A model generated the notes under the pieces. The model did not search any database, had not been told where the DNA came from, and worked only from the letters and a program-made list of their open reading frames with translations. The position numbers and the translations under genes were made by a program. From a virus (lineage: Duplodnaviria; Caudoviricetes): a stretch of 57,526 nucleotides of DNA. The stretch covers positions 1 through 57,526 of the IMG/VR virus record IMGVR_UViG_3300017646_000068; one strand, 5' to 3'. Positions 26,014 through 36,867 of this stretch are shown one piece after another. Within the stretch, counting starts at the first letter, position 1; each line of letters opens with the position of its first letter.

Positions 26014-26919
26014 GTGGCTGAAAAATACGAACTAGCCGAACATGACTATATGAGCGGTATGAAATATAAAGATATCGCTGAAAAGTATGATGTCTCAATT
26101 AATACGGTTAAGTCATGGAAGACTCGATATAAATGGTCAAAAGACAAAAAAGGTGTGCACACAAAACAAAAAAGTATGCATACAAAAAAAGATACTCGAA
26201 ATAAAGGGAGCACCCCTAAAACAAAAGCTGCTGTTACAGAGGATTTACCATTCAATGAAGAGGGCGAATTGACCGATAAACAGTGGCTTTTTTGTATGTA
26301 TTACGTGAAATATTTCAATGCTACAAAGGCGTATCAAAAGGCTTATGAATGTGATTATATTTCAGCTAAATCTAATGGTTATAGGTTGCTTACAAATGAT
26401 TACATCAGAGTTGAAATAAATCGTATGAAAAAAGAAATAGTTGATGGTCTAATGTTAGACGCGAGTGCGGTTTTACAGAAATACATCGATATTGCTTTTG
26501 CTGATATTACAGACTTTGCAACTTTCGGTAAGAAAGAGGTTCAAGCAATGGGTGCTTTCGGTCCTTTAGAGGATGAAGAAGGAAATCCTATTATGGTTGA
26601 AGTTAACTATGTGAATTTTCAGGAATCATCAATGGTTGATGGAACAATCATAACCGAAGTCAAAAAGGGTAAAGACGGCGTATCTATTAAACTTGCTGAC
26701 AAGATGAAAGCACTTGATAAACTTGCTCAATACTTTGATTTATTTCCGGATAACTTTAAACGTCAAGTTGAAGAGGAAAAACTCAAAATTGCACATCATA
26801 AAGCGTTTGGCAGCGATGAAGCTGAGGAATATGAAGATGATGGCTTTGAGGATGCTTTAAATGCGACTACTTCGGAGGTGTGGGAAGATGTTAAAGACAC
26901 AGCCGAAGAAGAAAGTTAA
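26014..26919 (+). CDS. terS: Terminase small subunit
   Basis: [33 protein letters not shown]...FNATKAY and [13 protein letters not shown]. Confidence 0.92.
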   Translation: MAEKYELAEHDYMSGMKYKDIAEKYDVSINTVKSWKTRYKWSKDKKGVHTKQKSMHTKKDTRNKGSTPKTKAAVTEDLPFNEEGELTDKQWLFCMYYVKYFNATKAYQKAYECDYISAKSNGYRLLTNDYIRVEINRMKKEIVDGLMLDASAVLQKYIDIAFADITDFATFGKKEVQAMGAFGPLEDEEGNPIMVEVNYVNFQESSMVDGTIITEVKKGKDGVSIKLADKMKALDKLAQYFDLFPDNFKRQVEEEKLKIAHHKAFGSDEAEEYEDDGFEDALNATTSEVWEDVKDTAEEES

Positions 26920-28225
26920 GCAATTTTCCTTTCTAGTTAACGCGCCAAAAAAGAAGAAGCCTGCTCCATTTACTTTTAAGCCATTTTCTTTTAAGCAAAA
27001 ACAGGTATTAACCTGGTGGCGAAAAGATTCTCCGGTTAAAGATAAAGACGGCATCATTTGCGATGGATCCGTTCGTGCTGGGAAAACAGTCGTAATGTCG
27101 CTTTCTTATGTCATGTGGGGCATGGATACATTCAACGAAGTGAATCTAGGGATGGCAGGGAAGACAATTGGTTCTTTCCGTAGAAATGTGATTACACCTT
27201 TAAAGAGGATGCTTAAATCGAGGGGATATCAAGTTAAAGATCATCGGGCAGATAACTTCTTTACAATCACTTATAAAGGTAGGACAAACTACTTTTATAT
27301 ATTTGGTGGTAAGGACGAAGGCTCGCAGGATCTTATCCAAGGTATTACGCTTGCTGGCATGTTCTTCGATGAAGCGGCCTTAATGCCCCAATCGTTTGTT
27401 AACCAGGCGACAGCACGTTGTTCTGTGGATGGAGCAAAGTTTTGGTTCAACTGCAATCCAGCGGGACCTTATCATTGGTTTAAATTAGAATACCTTGACC
27501 AGTTAAAAGAAAAGAACATGCTGCACATCCATTTTACGATGGAGGACAACCTCTCTCTTACTCCAAAAACGATAGAGCGCTATAAAAGAATGTACAAAGG
27601 CATCTTCTATCAGCGATTTATCTTGGGTTTATGGGTGCTTGCAGAAGGTGTTATATATGACATGTTTAATAAGGACAAGCATGTCGTTTCTGCAGCAGAA
27701 AGAAAATATTCCAAGCACTATGTCAGCATTGACTATGGTACTCAGAACCCGACGACATTTGGTCTTTGGGGTCTTTGTGATGGAGTTTGGTATAAGGTAA
27801 AGGAATATCATTATGACGGCCGCCAAAAGAGCAAGCAAAAAACTGACCCAGAGTATTTAGAGGATTTGCAAAAGTTTTTAGAAGGAATTAATGATTTTAA
27901 AGGCGTGATTGTGGACCCGTCGGCGGCTTCTTTTATTGCTCTATTAAAAAAGAATCATATCAAAGTTATTAAAGCCAAAAACGAAGTTATTGATGGAATT
28001 AGAAATGTCAGTAATGCATTGAATAATGGATTGATTAAATACAATGCTTGCTGCAAGGAAACATTCAGAGAGTTTTCTTCTTATATTTGGGATGAAAAAG
28101 CTGCAGATCGTGGTGAGGACAAACCGGTAAAGCAGAATGATCATCAACTTGATGCTGATCGATATTTTGTTAATACGATTTTATTCGGGAAAACAAAAGC
28201 CCGTGCTGTACCATCTCTATACTAA
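26888..28225 (+). CDS. terL: Terminase large subunit, PBSX family
   Basis: [27 protein letters not shown] and [10 protein letters not shown]. Confidence 0.95.
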   Translation: MLKTQPKKKVKQFSFLVNAPKKKKPAPFTFKPFSFKQKQVLTWWRKDSPVKDKDGIICDGSVRAGKTVVMSLSYVMWGMDTFNEVNLGMAGKTIGSFRRNVITPLKRMLKSRGYQVKDHRADNFFTITYKGRTNYFYIFGGKDEGSQDLIQGITLAGMFFDEAALMPQSFVNQATARCSVDGAKFWFNCNPAGPYHWFKLEYLDQLKEKNMLHIHFTMEDNLSLTPKTIERYKRMYKGIFYQRFILGLWVLAEGVIYDMFNKDKHVVSAAERKYSKHYVSIDYGTQNPTTFGLWGLCDGVWYKVKEYHYDGRQKSKQKTDPEYLEDLQKFLEGINDFKGVIVDPSAASFIALLKKNHIKVIKAKNEVIDGIRNVSNALNNGLIKYNACCKETFREFSSYIWDEKAADRGEDKPVKQNDHQLDADRYFVNTILFGKTKARAVPSLY

Positions 28226-28239
28226 AGCGAGGTGAAAAA

Positions 28240-29607
28240 ATGAGACGCTCTACAATTAGAATGTCAGTCCATGAACCAACCGACGGAATCATAAAAGACC
28301 TTATAAAACAACATGCTGCATCTAAAAATACAACTCTAGGACTTTACAAACGATACGATCAAGAGGAGTTAGAAATTCAGAAACGAACCTTCACGGACCC
28401 GAAAAAACCAAATAATAAATTGGCTCATGACTACAGGGGTTATATCATTAATCAGGTTGTCGGCTATTTATGGGGTAATCCAATAGCTTATCAGATTGAT
28501 AAACTGAAATACGATGAAAGTAAATACAAAACGTATAACGACAAGCTGTCTAATTTTAATATTTTAAACACGATTGATGATGCGGACAGTGAACTAGGGA
28601 AAATAATGGGGATTTGCGGTTATGCGGCCAGACTTCTTTATGTGGATACAGAAGGCGTGGAGCGCGTTATGAATCTGTCACCTTGGGAAGTCGTATTCAT
28701 CCAAGATAAAAACAGAATTAATCATGCCATGCGCTACTATAAAGAATTGTATCGTGAAGGAAATGAGCAAAAAGAACGAACAAGGGTGGAATGGTACGAT
28801 TCGACTTATGTTTCTTTTTATGTAGAGAACAAAGACGGTAATTATGTTCTTGATGAAGAAGGACAAAAATCGCACTTATTTGACGATGTGCCGGTTATCC
28901 TTTTTCAGAACAATGATGAAGAGCGAGGTGATTTTGAAAAAGTAGAAACGTTAATTGATGCTTATGACAAAAATAGAAGTGATTCTACTAACGAGGTCGA
29001 GACCTTTGCTAACGCGTATATGAAATTTAAGGGTGTTTCAGTAGATAAAGAGGTCATTGATGGTGCTAAGCAAACAGGAGCATTTGAAGTGCCTGAAGAG
29101 GGTGATGTTGATTTTATCACGAAAAATATCAATGACACGTTTGTTGAAAACACCAGAAAGAATCTGAATGAAGATATTCATAAGTTTTCTGCAAGTGTTG
29201 ATATGGCGGACGAAAAGTTTTCTGGTGCTAATCAATCGGGTGAGAGTCGAAAATGGAAGCTCATCGATCTTGAAAATAAAGCAGGTACAAAAGCTCGTAA
29301 GTTCAGTAAAGGGCTACGTGAACAATTTAAAGTGTTGTGCAGCGCATGGAAGAAGAAAGGAATCCAATTAAACTATCTCGATGTATTTTGGGAGTTTAAG
29401 CGTAATTTACCGATTGATTTGCTTTATGTTGGTGATGCAGTGTCCAAGTTAAAGGGAATGCACAGTGATCAAACGTTGCTTGGTTTAATTCCTTACATTG
29501 ATGATGTAAGTTATGAACTTAATTTGATGGAGCAGGAGAAAGAGCTGCTAGGCAAACGAGTAAACTTGGACAAGGTTATAGATAATGAAAGGGATGAGGA
29601 ATCATGA
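28240..29607 (+). CDS. Portal protein, SPP1 gp6-like
   Basis: KPNNKLAH, GYLWGNPI, GDFEKVETLIDAYD and SGESRKWKL. Confidence 0.93.
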   Translation: MRRSTIRMSVHEPTDGIIKDLIKQHAASKNTTLGLYKRYDQEELEIQKRTFTDPKKPNNKLAHDYRGYIINQVVGYLWGNPIAYQIDKLKYDESKYKTYNDKLSNFNILNTIDDADSELGKIMGICGYAARLLYVDTEGVERVMNLSPWEVVFIQDKNRINHAMRYYKELYREGNEQKERTRVEWYDSTYVSFYVENKDGNYVLDEEGQKSHLFDDVPVILFQNNDEERGDFEKVETLIDAYDKNRSDSTNEVETFANAYMKFKGVSVDKEVIDGAKQTGAFEVPEEGDVDFITKNINDTFVENTRKNLNEDIHKFSASVDMADEKFSGANQSGESRKWKLIDLENKAGTKARKFSKGLREQFKVLCSAWKKKGIQLNYLDVFWEFKRNLPIDLLYVGDAVSKLKGMHSDQTLLGLIPYIDDVSYELNLMEQEKELLGKRVNLDKVIDNERDEES

Positions 29608-30041
29608 GTAAAAATACAGTAACGCCAGCACAAATTAATGCGATTCTTGATGATTCTGTTATTGATGTTCAAACAGTTTTGGATAAATGCACAGTAGTTA
29701 CATGTCAATTGCCGAATGGTTTCATTATTGTTGAATCCTCAGCTTGTGTAGATCCAGCCAATTACAATGAGAAACTAGGAGCTGAAATCTGTTTAAAACG
29801 AATTGAAAGCAAGATTTGGGAACTAGAAGGATATAAACTTCAAAGTGAATTAAGTGAAAATCCTAAACTTCGAGTTGGTGTAGATATTACTAGCTTGGAT
29901 GTGTATAAAGAAATTCTTTCTGTTGTACAGGAATGTGTAATTGATGATCGTATTCCCAAAGAAGTTCGTGAAAATATGGTAAATAGATTAGGTGCAGTGA
30001 TAGGGGAATTACAAAAAAATAATCCGAGGTGTTTCTATTGA
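29604..30041 (+). CDS. Gp49-like (N4 gp49/Sf6 gp66-type) protein
   Basis: LPNGFII..SSACVDPANYNEKLG.EIC.....KIWELEGYKLQ. Confidence 0.8.
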   Translation: MSKNTVTPAQINAILDDSVIDVQTVLDKCTVVTCQLPNGFIIVESSACVDPANYNEKLGAEICLKRIESKIWELEGYKLQSELSENPKLRVGVDITSLDVYKEILSVVQECVIDDRIPKEVRENMVNRLGAVIGELQKNNPRCFY

Positions 30042-30592
30042 GATATGAAGAATATCACGTTGTAGGCGAAGTTTCTAAAACAAGAGAATTTGAAGGCACT
30101 CCGGAAGAAATTGCGCAATTGATTAGTCTAACTGAAAAAGCCGAACCGACACCCTTACCTAAAATAACAGGTAGCAATATTGATAATTTGTCTTATCAGG
30201 AAAAACAAGACCTTTTGAAATATGCTCATTTAGCATTTCGTTATTTTGGTATCTCGCTAAGTGAATTGTTGCAAATGGATAAAAGCACAGTAGACTGGCT
30301 ATATATTTTCGTGGATAAGACTATTCGAAAAGAAAAAGGGGAACAGGAAAAACAGAAAAAGGCTGTTATTAATTCTAGTCCTTCTATAACTATTAATAGC
30401 GACAGTAATCCAACAGCAATTGCTAACGCTGTGAAAAAAGCTTTAGATGAAGCTTGGGAAAGGCTATTGGGATTATATGGAGGATCAAACGAACTAGGAA
30501 TTTGGAGTTTTGAACAACCGGTAACTGCGGATAATCAAGACTTAATAAAAGTGGCTCCTGATAAATTTTATGACCATAAGGTAAGAGACTAG
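30029..30592 (+). CDS. Hypothetical protein carrying a tape-measure C-terminus-like segment
   Basis: AVKKALDEAWERLLGLYG versus the TMP end AIRKALDEQWQRLISIYG. Confidence 0.7.
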   Translation: MFLLRYEEYHVVGEVSKTREFEGTPEEIAQLISLTEKAEPTPLPKITGSNIDNLSYQEKQDLLKYAHLAFRYFGISLSELLQMDKSTVDWLYIFVDKTIRKEKGEQEKQKKAVINSSPSITINSDSNPTAIANAVKKALDEAWERLLGLYGGSNELGIWSFEQPVTADNQDLIKVAPDKFYDHKVRD

Positions 30593-30709
30593 CAACTCAA
30601 AAATGAGGGGCTTTTTTTATTGTCCAAAAAACTGATGACATTAAAAGCTGTTAATCACATTGAACTTTACAGGGCCATAAGGAACTGTAAAAGGGCAAGG
30701 AGGATATTT

Positions 30710-31417
30710 ATGTTTAAAAAGCAATTGAAATTATACACACCGGTCTTTCCGTTATGTTTAGATATACAGTACTTCTCAGATGGAGGAGATGGAGGTACAC
30801 CGCCAGCTAATCCGCCGACAGGAGGAAATCCAACGCCGCCGCCTAATCCAGAGCCATTAAAACTCACTTTGGAAGCTGTACAATCATTCGTAAACGATGA
30901 TGAGGGCGGTAAGAAATGGCTTCAGTCTCTTACAGATACTCGTGTTACTGATGCGATTAAAACGTATGAGACAAAAACACTTCCTAAAAAGCTAGAAGAT
31001 GAAATTGCTAAACGGTTTCCTACTGAAACAGAAGCGGAGAAACAATTACGTGAGCTAAAACAGCAATTCGAAGAATCGCAACTAGAAGCGAAACGTGAAA
31101 AGTTACGAAACAAAGCGTTATCTGTTGCGACTGAAAAGGCGTTACCTGCTCAATTGGTAGACTACTTTATCGGGCAAGACGAAGAAACGACTTTGAAAAA
31201 CCTTGGCATGTTCGAAGAAGTGCTTTCTACTGCTATTCAATCTGGTGTTGAAGCGAAGTTTAAAAGTGGTGGTCGTGATCCGCATCCTTCTACACCGAAT
31301 GTAGGAATTGAGTCTCAAATTGAAGAAGCGAGAAAGAAAGCAATGGCATCAGGTAAACAAGAAGATCGTGTTGCATACGCAGCTTTAAAAATGAAAAAAG
31401 AAATGCAGGGAAAATAA
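30710..31417 (+). CDS. Capsid scaffolding protein (DUF4355-like)
   Basis: ATG after AAGGAGG; LDIQYFS Prp-type motif, coiled coil, directly before the capsid gene. Confidence 0.85.
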   Translation: MFKKQLKLYTPVFPLCLDIQYFSDGGDGGTPPANPPTGGNPTPPPNPEPLKLTLEAVQSFVNDDEGGKKWLQSLTDTRVTDAIKTYETKTLPKKLEDEIAKRFPTETEAEKQLRELKQQFEESQLEAKREKLRNKALSVATEKALPAQLVDYFIGQDEETTLKNLGMFEEVLSTAIQSGVEAKFKSGGRDPHPSTPNVGIESQIEEARKKAMASGKQEDRVAYAALKMKKEMQGK

Positions 31418-31430
31418 GGAGGAATTTTAA

Positions 31431-32519
31431 ATGACGATTTATACAGCTGATATGATTGGAAAAAAGTTTTCGATTGTCGATGAATTAATGATGCTTAATC
31501 CGCATCAAACACCTTTAGTTTCACGTTTAGGATTTGGAGAGGCAGTTACAAATACCACACATGAATGGTTTGAAGATGCGATGTTTTCTTTCGAATCGAC
31601 GGCAGACGGAGCTTTCCTTGTGTCAGATACAACTATTAAGGTGGTAGATGCGGAGCCGTTTCGCACGGAACAAGTTATTCGTAATGGTGATGAGCTGATG
31701 TTAGTTACAGCCGTTAATGGTGCGACGAAAGAATTGACAGTTGTTCGAGGCCACGCTTCAACTACTGCTGAGCCGATTACAAGCGGTGGTAAAATTGAGG
31801 TTATGTTCGTTGAAGGTCAAGAGGGTCGCGACGCACGTCAAGCTCGTTACAAAAAACGCGTGAAAAAATCCAATATCACTCAAATTTTCGATGACACAAT
31901 CGAGGTAACAGGAACAGCGCAATCCGTAACACAATACGGCATTTCTGATATTTACGAGAATGAAAAACAAAAGAAACAAGTGGAGTTAGCATTACAGCTT
32001 GAAAAAGCGATTATCAACGGCATCCTGTATGAAGATGGAGATAAACGCTTGATGAAAGGGATTCGTGACTATATCGCAACAAATGTGACAAATGCTAGTA
32101 ATGCTGCACTAACAATCGATATGATTAATGATTTAGCTCAACAACAATATGAGAAAGGCGCATTCAATGAAGGCGGTCAATTTGCGATTATGGTTGGAGC
32201 TAAGCAAAAACGTAAATTATCCAAGTTGGATGAAAATAAAATCATCTTACCACGAGCTGATGATACGCGCGGTTCTGCAGTAGATCGCATTGTAACGGAT
32301 TTCGGTGAATTTGACATCATGTTAAACAATAACCTACGTCCAGATGAATTGCTGATTGTGGACACGAATCGTATTAAAATTCGTCCACTAAAAGATCGTG
32401 ATTTCTTCCATAAATATTTGGGAGACAAAGGGGATTATGTAACCGGAATGCTAGTTGGTGAATATACACTAGAATTCAAGCAAGAGGCGGCACACGGGCG
32501 ATTACACAACTTAGCGTAA
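31431..32519 (+). CDS. Major capsid protein (DUF5309/SU10-like)
   Basis: HEWFED, NITQIF...VTGTAQ, LEKAIING and GEYTLE. Confidence 0.88.
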   Translation: MTIYTADMIGKKFSIVDELMMLNPHQTPLVSRLGFGEAVTNTTHEWFEDAMFSFESTADGAFLVSDTTIKVVDAEPFRTEQVIRNGDELMLVTAVNGATKELTVVRGHASTTAEPITSGGKIEVMFVEGQEGRDARQARYKKRVKKSNITQIFDDTIEVTGTAQSVTQYGISDIYENEKQKKQVELALQLEKAIINGILYEDGDKRLMKGIRDYIATNVTNASNAALTIDMINDLAQQQYEKGAFNEGGQFAIMVGAKQKRKLSKLDENKIILPRADDTRGSAVDRIVTDFGEFDIMLNNNLRPDELLIVDTNRIKIRPLKDRDFFHKYLGDKGDYVTGMLVGEYTLEFKQEAAHGRLHNLA

Positions 32520-32562
32520 GGGTTTATTCCCTTGCGCTTGTATTTTTGAAGGAGGGGTATTC

Positions 32563-32733
32563 ATGAAATTCACAAGTGAAAAGTATCCAGAGTTAGGATT
32601 CTATGTTGATGGCGAACGCAAGAAGTTTGTCAACGGTGTTTATGAAGCGAACACCAAAAAAGAACAAGAGGTTCTAAGTAAGTTGAAAGGTGTAACAAAA
32701 GTCGCTGAAAAAAAGACACCTGATGACAAATGA
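32563..32733 (+). CDS. Small capsid-associated protein (56 aa)
   Basis: RBS AAGGAGG; ATGA overlap with the next gene. Confidence 0.7.
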   Translation: MKFTSEKYPELGFYVDGERKKFVNGVYEANTKKEQEVLSKLKGVTKVAEKKTPDDK

Positions 32734-33656
32734 GCAATCTGAATAAATCAGCGGAGCTCATCGAAAAACTACTCGATGCTCAAATAGATGGCTCTGAAAA
32801 GGTGATTGCCAAACGATATGCCAAGCTTTTGAATGAGATTCGGTTAGAGCTAAGTAAAGTCTTTGAACAATATGAAAAAGATGGTGTTCTGACCTACTCT
32901 GAAATGGCGAAATATGACCGTTTACACAAGTTTTTAAGTACGGTAAACCATTTACTCTCAGTGAACTATAAAGACGTAAAAACAGTCGTTTATGGAGCGT
33001 TAGAGAGTATATACAAAGAAGGTTATTATCGTACAGCTTGGGCGATTGAAACAGATTCATTGAGTAAATTAGCTTATGCAGCTGTTACGGCTGATGTAGT
33101 GACGGCCATGATTGAAAACCCAATCAGTGGACTGACGCTTTCCCAACGTCTTGAGAAAAATCGGACGAACATTATTTATACGATTCAACAAGAAATCACT
33201 AGAGGTCTAGTTGAAGGTAATACGTATTCTACAATGGCCAAACGATTGAAAGAGTCAATTGAAGTGGATGCTTCAAAGGCCATGCGGATTGTACGCACTG
33301 AGGCTCATCGTGCAAGTCAATCAGGTCAGCTTGAGAGCGCTGTTGAGGCAACGAAAAAAGGTGTTGTGATGCTTAAAGAGTGGGGAAGTATGGAGGATGA
33401 AAGAGTAAGGCATGGAAAATCGAATCATCGAAAACTAGATGGGGAGAAAATTCCAGTCAATGACTTATTTGACGATGGTTTAAGTAAGGGTTTGGCACCA
33501 GGGCAATTAATGGGCGCTAAATCTGCCTCGTCTAATATAAATTGTCGCTGCGTACTCTTCTATTCTATTGATAAGATTACAAAACCTGATGCGAAAGAGC
33601 TTGAAGGCATGACGTTTGAACAATGGGAAAAAGAACGCCTAAAATCCTCGAAATGA
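32730..33656 (+). CDS. Minor head protein (SPP1 gp7/Mu gpF-like)
   Basis: RIVRTEAHRA, KEW...DERVR..H..LDG and INCRC. Confidence 0.9.
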   Translation: MSNLNKSAELIEKLLDAQIDGSEKVIAKRYAKLLNEIRLELSKVFEQYEKDGVLTYSEMAKYDRLHKFLSTVNHLLSVNYKDVKTVVYGALESIYKEGYYRTAWAIETDSLSKLAYAAVTADVVTAMIENPISGLTLSQRLEKNRTNIIYTIQQEITRGLVEGNTYSTMAKRLKESIEVDASKAMRIVRTEAHRASQSGQLESAVEATKKGVVMLKEWGSMEDERVRHGKSNHRKLDGEKIPVNDLFDDGLSKGLAPGQLMGAKSASSNINCRCVLFYSIDKITKPDAKELEGMTFEQWEKERLKSSK

Positions 33657-33665
33657 GGTGAGTAA

Positions 33666-33977
33666 ATGGAGTTAGAAGAACTAAAAAAACGCTTAAAAGT
33701 GCCGCAAGAGGATACGTCTCAGGATGACTATTTAAAGATGGCACTGGAAGATGCGGTTGATTACGTTAAAACATACTGTAATAACCTATTTGCGGACGGT
33801 TTGCCCGGCGGAGTGAAGAAGGCCACCGCGTTGATTGTTAAATCAATGGGAGAAGCGTCGAATGTTCAGTCACAAAGCCTAGGAGATATGGAAAAAAGCT
33901 TCTTTGAAGGCGGCACAATGAACGAAGCTCATCGTTATCTTGAGCCTTATTGTGTAAAGAAGGTGAAGTTCCTATGA
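33666..33977 (+). CDS. Head-tail connector/adaptor
   Basis: LEELKKRL...DDYL...YCNN...SQSLGD; position in the module. Confidence 0.8.
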   Translation: MELEELKKRLKVPQEDTSQDDYLKMALEDAVDYVKTYCNNLFADGLPGGVKKATALIVKSMGEASNVQSQSLGDMEKSFFEGGTMNEAHRYLEPYCVKKVKFL

Positions 33978-34492
33978 GGAGAAGCGGGATAACAATAAGA
34001 GGTACGGATAACACGGGCCGGCTTCTCGATAGTTTACAACAACTCGGGGCCAAAAGGATCAATGTTGGTGTGTTTGGGGCAGATGATTCCGAATTGGTCA
34101 TGATTGCAGCTGTTCACGAATTTGGAACAGAAATTCAAGTGACAGACAAAATGCGTGGCTGGTTTGCGGCAAATGGTTATCCACTTAAAAAGGAAACAAC
34201 TGTTATTAAAATACCTGAAAGGTCGTGGCTCCGTAGCGGATATGACGAAAATATTGATGCTATCGCAAATAAGGTTCAAGAATTATTGCCTGATGTATTA
34301 GACAACAACATAGATCCTAATACCTTTATGGATTCTATTGGTTTGGAGTTTGCAGGAATGATTCAACAGAAATTAAGAAATCTTCAGGATCCTGCCAATA
34401 GCAGCATGACCACTGAAAGAAAAGGTAGTACGAATCCATTGATTGATAGTGGTCGTTTAGTCGGCGCTATTAGACATGAGGTTGAGCGATGA
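33974..34492 (+). CDS. Neck/tail completion protein
   Basis: AAVHEFG, IPERSWLR and NPLIDSGRL. Confidence 0.8.
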   Translation: MRRSGITIRGTDNTGRLLDSLQQLGAKRINVGVFGADDSELVMIAAVHEFGTEIQVTDKMRGWFAANGYPLKKETTVIKIPERSWLRSGYDENIDAIANKVQELLPDVLDNNIDPNTFMDSIGLEFAGMIQQKLRNLQDPANSSMTTERKGSTNPLIDSGRLVGAIRHEVER

Positions 34493-34851
34493 GTAAACAA
34501 TTTGAATTTGCCGATTTCGTCGAAGAGTTTAAAGTGCCTTTTATCGCTTATGAAAAGAGAAATGGCTATTGGGCGGATAATGCTGATTGGGTTCCTGTCG
34601 GTCAATTGGCCTCAATAAATTTAATAGGAATCATCTTACCTTTAACAGAGGACGATCTTCGATATTCTGAAAGCGGCTCTTATAGTGTGAAGGACAGGAA
34701 AGTATATACCACACACAAATTAGAGATGGGACAGAGAATTCAATATAAGGGGATTACGTACACCATCCAAAACTTTAAGGATTACAGTGATTATGCTGAC
34801 GTTAACATCTATTTCGCGAGGTGGGCAGGAAATGAATCTCAAAGCAGTTAA
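34489..34851 (+). CDS. Head closure protein
   Basis: Size and position; beta-rich. Confidence 0.6.
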   Translation: MSKQFEFADFVEEFKVPFIAYEKRNGYWADNADWVPVGQLASINLIGIILPLTEDDLRYSESGSYSVKDRKVYTTHKLEMGQRIQYKGITYTIQNFKDYSDYADVNIYFARWAGNESQSS

Positions 34852-35320
34852 AGAAATGATGGCCCAAATAAAAAAAGATGTCGGTATTCAAATCATTAAA
34901 GGAAATATAGAAGCTCCACAGCCTCCTTTGCCTTACGGGATGTACAACATCACTTCTCCTTATATCAAAGGAAGGGGAAGAGGAGCTGTCACTTTACATG
35001 ATGATGAATCTGGACCATACGAAAAGCGGACAGAAGAGTATAAATTCATAATCTCTTTTTCTATTTTTGGTGAAAATACGGAAACTGCTATCGGACTTGC
35101 TCACAAGGTTCGACAGTGGTTTTTATTTTTGGGTGAGGAATTTATTAGAGAAAAAGACCTTGTCGTCTCCAGTGTCGGTAATATTCAAAACCGCACTGTT
35201 TTTCTAGTTGATGATTATGAATACAAGTTTGGGTTTGATGTTCAATTCAGAGCTGTAGATGAACAGATTCGTCAAATTGAAACGATTGAAAAAGTAGAAA
35301 TTACTAATTTAGGAGGTTAG
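34832..35320 (+). CDS. Tail terminator/neck protein
   Basis: APQPPLPY and YEYKFGFDVQFR; precedes the sheath gene. Confidence 0.7.
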   Translation: MNLKAVKEMMAQIKKDVGIQIIKGNIEAPQPPLPYGMYNITSPYIKGRGRGAVTLHDDESGPYEKRTEEYKFIISFSIFGENTETAIGLAHKVRQWFLFLGEEFIREKDLVVSSVGNIQNRTVFLVDDYEYKFGFDVQFRAVDEQIRQIETIEKVEITNLGG

Positions 35321-35323
35321 GAT

Positions 35324-36331
35324 ATGCCGTTAAGTGATGTAACAGTAACCATTGATATTCAAAAACCAACAAGACTTATTGGGCTTGGGAAGCCTTTGAT
35401 TCTTGCTAAAAAAACAGGAACAAGTACGTACAAAAGTTATAGCGATTTGACAGCAGTTAAAGCAGATTACGCAGAATCAACGAATGCTTATAAGAAAGCG
35501 GCTGCCATTTTTGCTCAAGATCATGCTCCAGCTGAAATCGCCATTGCTTCGTATGATACAGCTGGCACGGCCATCAAGACAGCGAAAGAAGCTGTTGAAA
35601 AATACTATGAAAACGACTGGTATTTTGTCCTTGATGCTGATGCTGCGGTAGCAGATCAAGTGGCTGTTGCCGACTATGTAGAATCCCAAAAGTTTAAATT
35701 ATATGTTGTGAAGACAAAAGATACTGCAGATCGAAATGCTTTTAAACAAAATGCGTATGATCGTACAGTTGTATTTCATCACACCATTGATACTGAATTC
35801 CCAGATGCAGCATTGGTTGGTGAATTAGGAAGTCAAACGGTCGGGTCTATTACTTGGAAGTTTAAAACGTTAAAAGGAATCACTCCACTCGATTTAACTA
35901 AAACAGAACTTGCAGCTATTCATGCAGATAAAGCTATCGCTTATGTAACTAAAGCGGGCATTCGCCAAACAAGTGAAGGAACAGTAGCGAGTGGGGAATA
36001 CATTGATGTTATGCACGGAAAAGATTGGATTAAAGTAGACATGGAAAATAACATCCAAACAGCTTTCGCTAACAATCCAAAACTTCCTTTCGATGCTCGA
36101 GGAATTAGTGTGTTAAATGGACAGGCTACCACTACTCTTTTACGTGGGAGTACGAATAAAATTATTGCGGTTGATGATGACGATAACCCATTATTCACAG
36201 TGAAAACTAAATCAAGACTTGAAACACCAGTAGCAGAACGGGCATCTCGTATTTATAAAGGTCTATCCTTTTCTTTTCAATTGGCTGGTGCTATTCATAG
36301 CGCGAATATTTCAGGTGAGGTACTCATTTAA
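35324..36331 (+). CDS. Tail sheath protein (DUF3383-like)
   Basis: GSITWKFKTLKGI, GEYIDVMHGKDW and LAGAIH. Confidence 0.85.
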   Translation: MPLSDVTVTIDIQKPTRLIGLGKPLILAKKTGTSTYKSYSDLTAVKADYAESTNAYKKAAAIFAQDHAPAEIAIASYDTAGTAIKTAKEAVEKYYENDWYFVLDADAAVADQVAVADYVESQKFKLYVVKTKDTADRNAFKQNAYDRTVVFHHTIDTEFPDAALVGELGSQTVGSITWKFKTLKGITPLDLTKTELAAIHADKAIAYVTKAGIRQTSEGTVASGEYIDVMHGKDWIKVDMENNIQTAFANNPKLPFDARGISVLNGQATTTLLRGSTNKIIAVDDDDNPLFTVKTKSRLETPVAERASRIYKGLSFSFQLAGAIHSANISGEVLI

Positions 36332-36382
36332 CCAAGAACATCTAAGGATGTTTTTTATTTTGAATTTAAGGAGGAATGAATA

Positions 36383-36775
36383 ATGGGTCAGTATGATGCT
36401 AACCTATGTACATTAGTGGTAGATGGGAGATTTATTACAGGGTTTGATGAAGGTTCGATGATTAGTGCAGCAAAGGATGAGGAATCATTCTCTGTTAAAG
36501 TCGATGCACAAGGAGTGCCAATTGTCTCTGAAACCAATAATCCACTTGGTACCATTACAGCAACGCTTTCACAAACATCACCATCTTATGCTTACTTAAT
36601 GCAAAAAGCGAAATCGAGTCAGGAATTCCCTGTTTGGGTGACGTATGCAGGTGTACCAGCTGAAAAAGCAGGAGGTACACGGGCACGTATTAAAAAGACA
36701 CCAGATAAAGAGTTCGCGAATGAAGCTGGAGGTCGTGAATTTGCATTCCAGGTCTTTGACTATTCAGAAGAGTAA
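36383..36775 (+). CDS. Tail tube protein (DUF3277-like)
   Basis: ITGFDEGSMI and GTITATLSQTSPS. Confidence 0.8.
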   Translation: MGQYDANLCTLVVDGRFITGFDEGSMISAAKDEESFSVKVDAQGVPIVSETNNPLGTITATLSQTSPSYAYLMQKAKSSQEFPVWVTYAGVPAEKAGGTRARIKKTPDKEFANEAGGREFAFQVFDYSEE

Positions 36776-36867
36776 TCTAGATGGTTAGAAAGAAATCAAA
36801 TAATCAAACGAGGCAGTCCAATCGGGCTGTCTTTTCACATTTAAAACTAAAATCGGAGGTATTTAAA

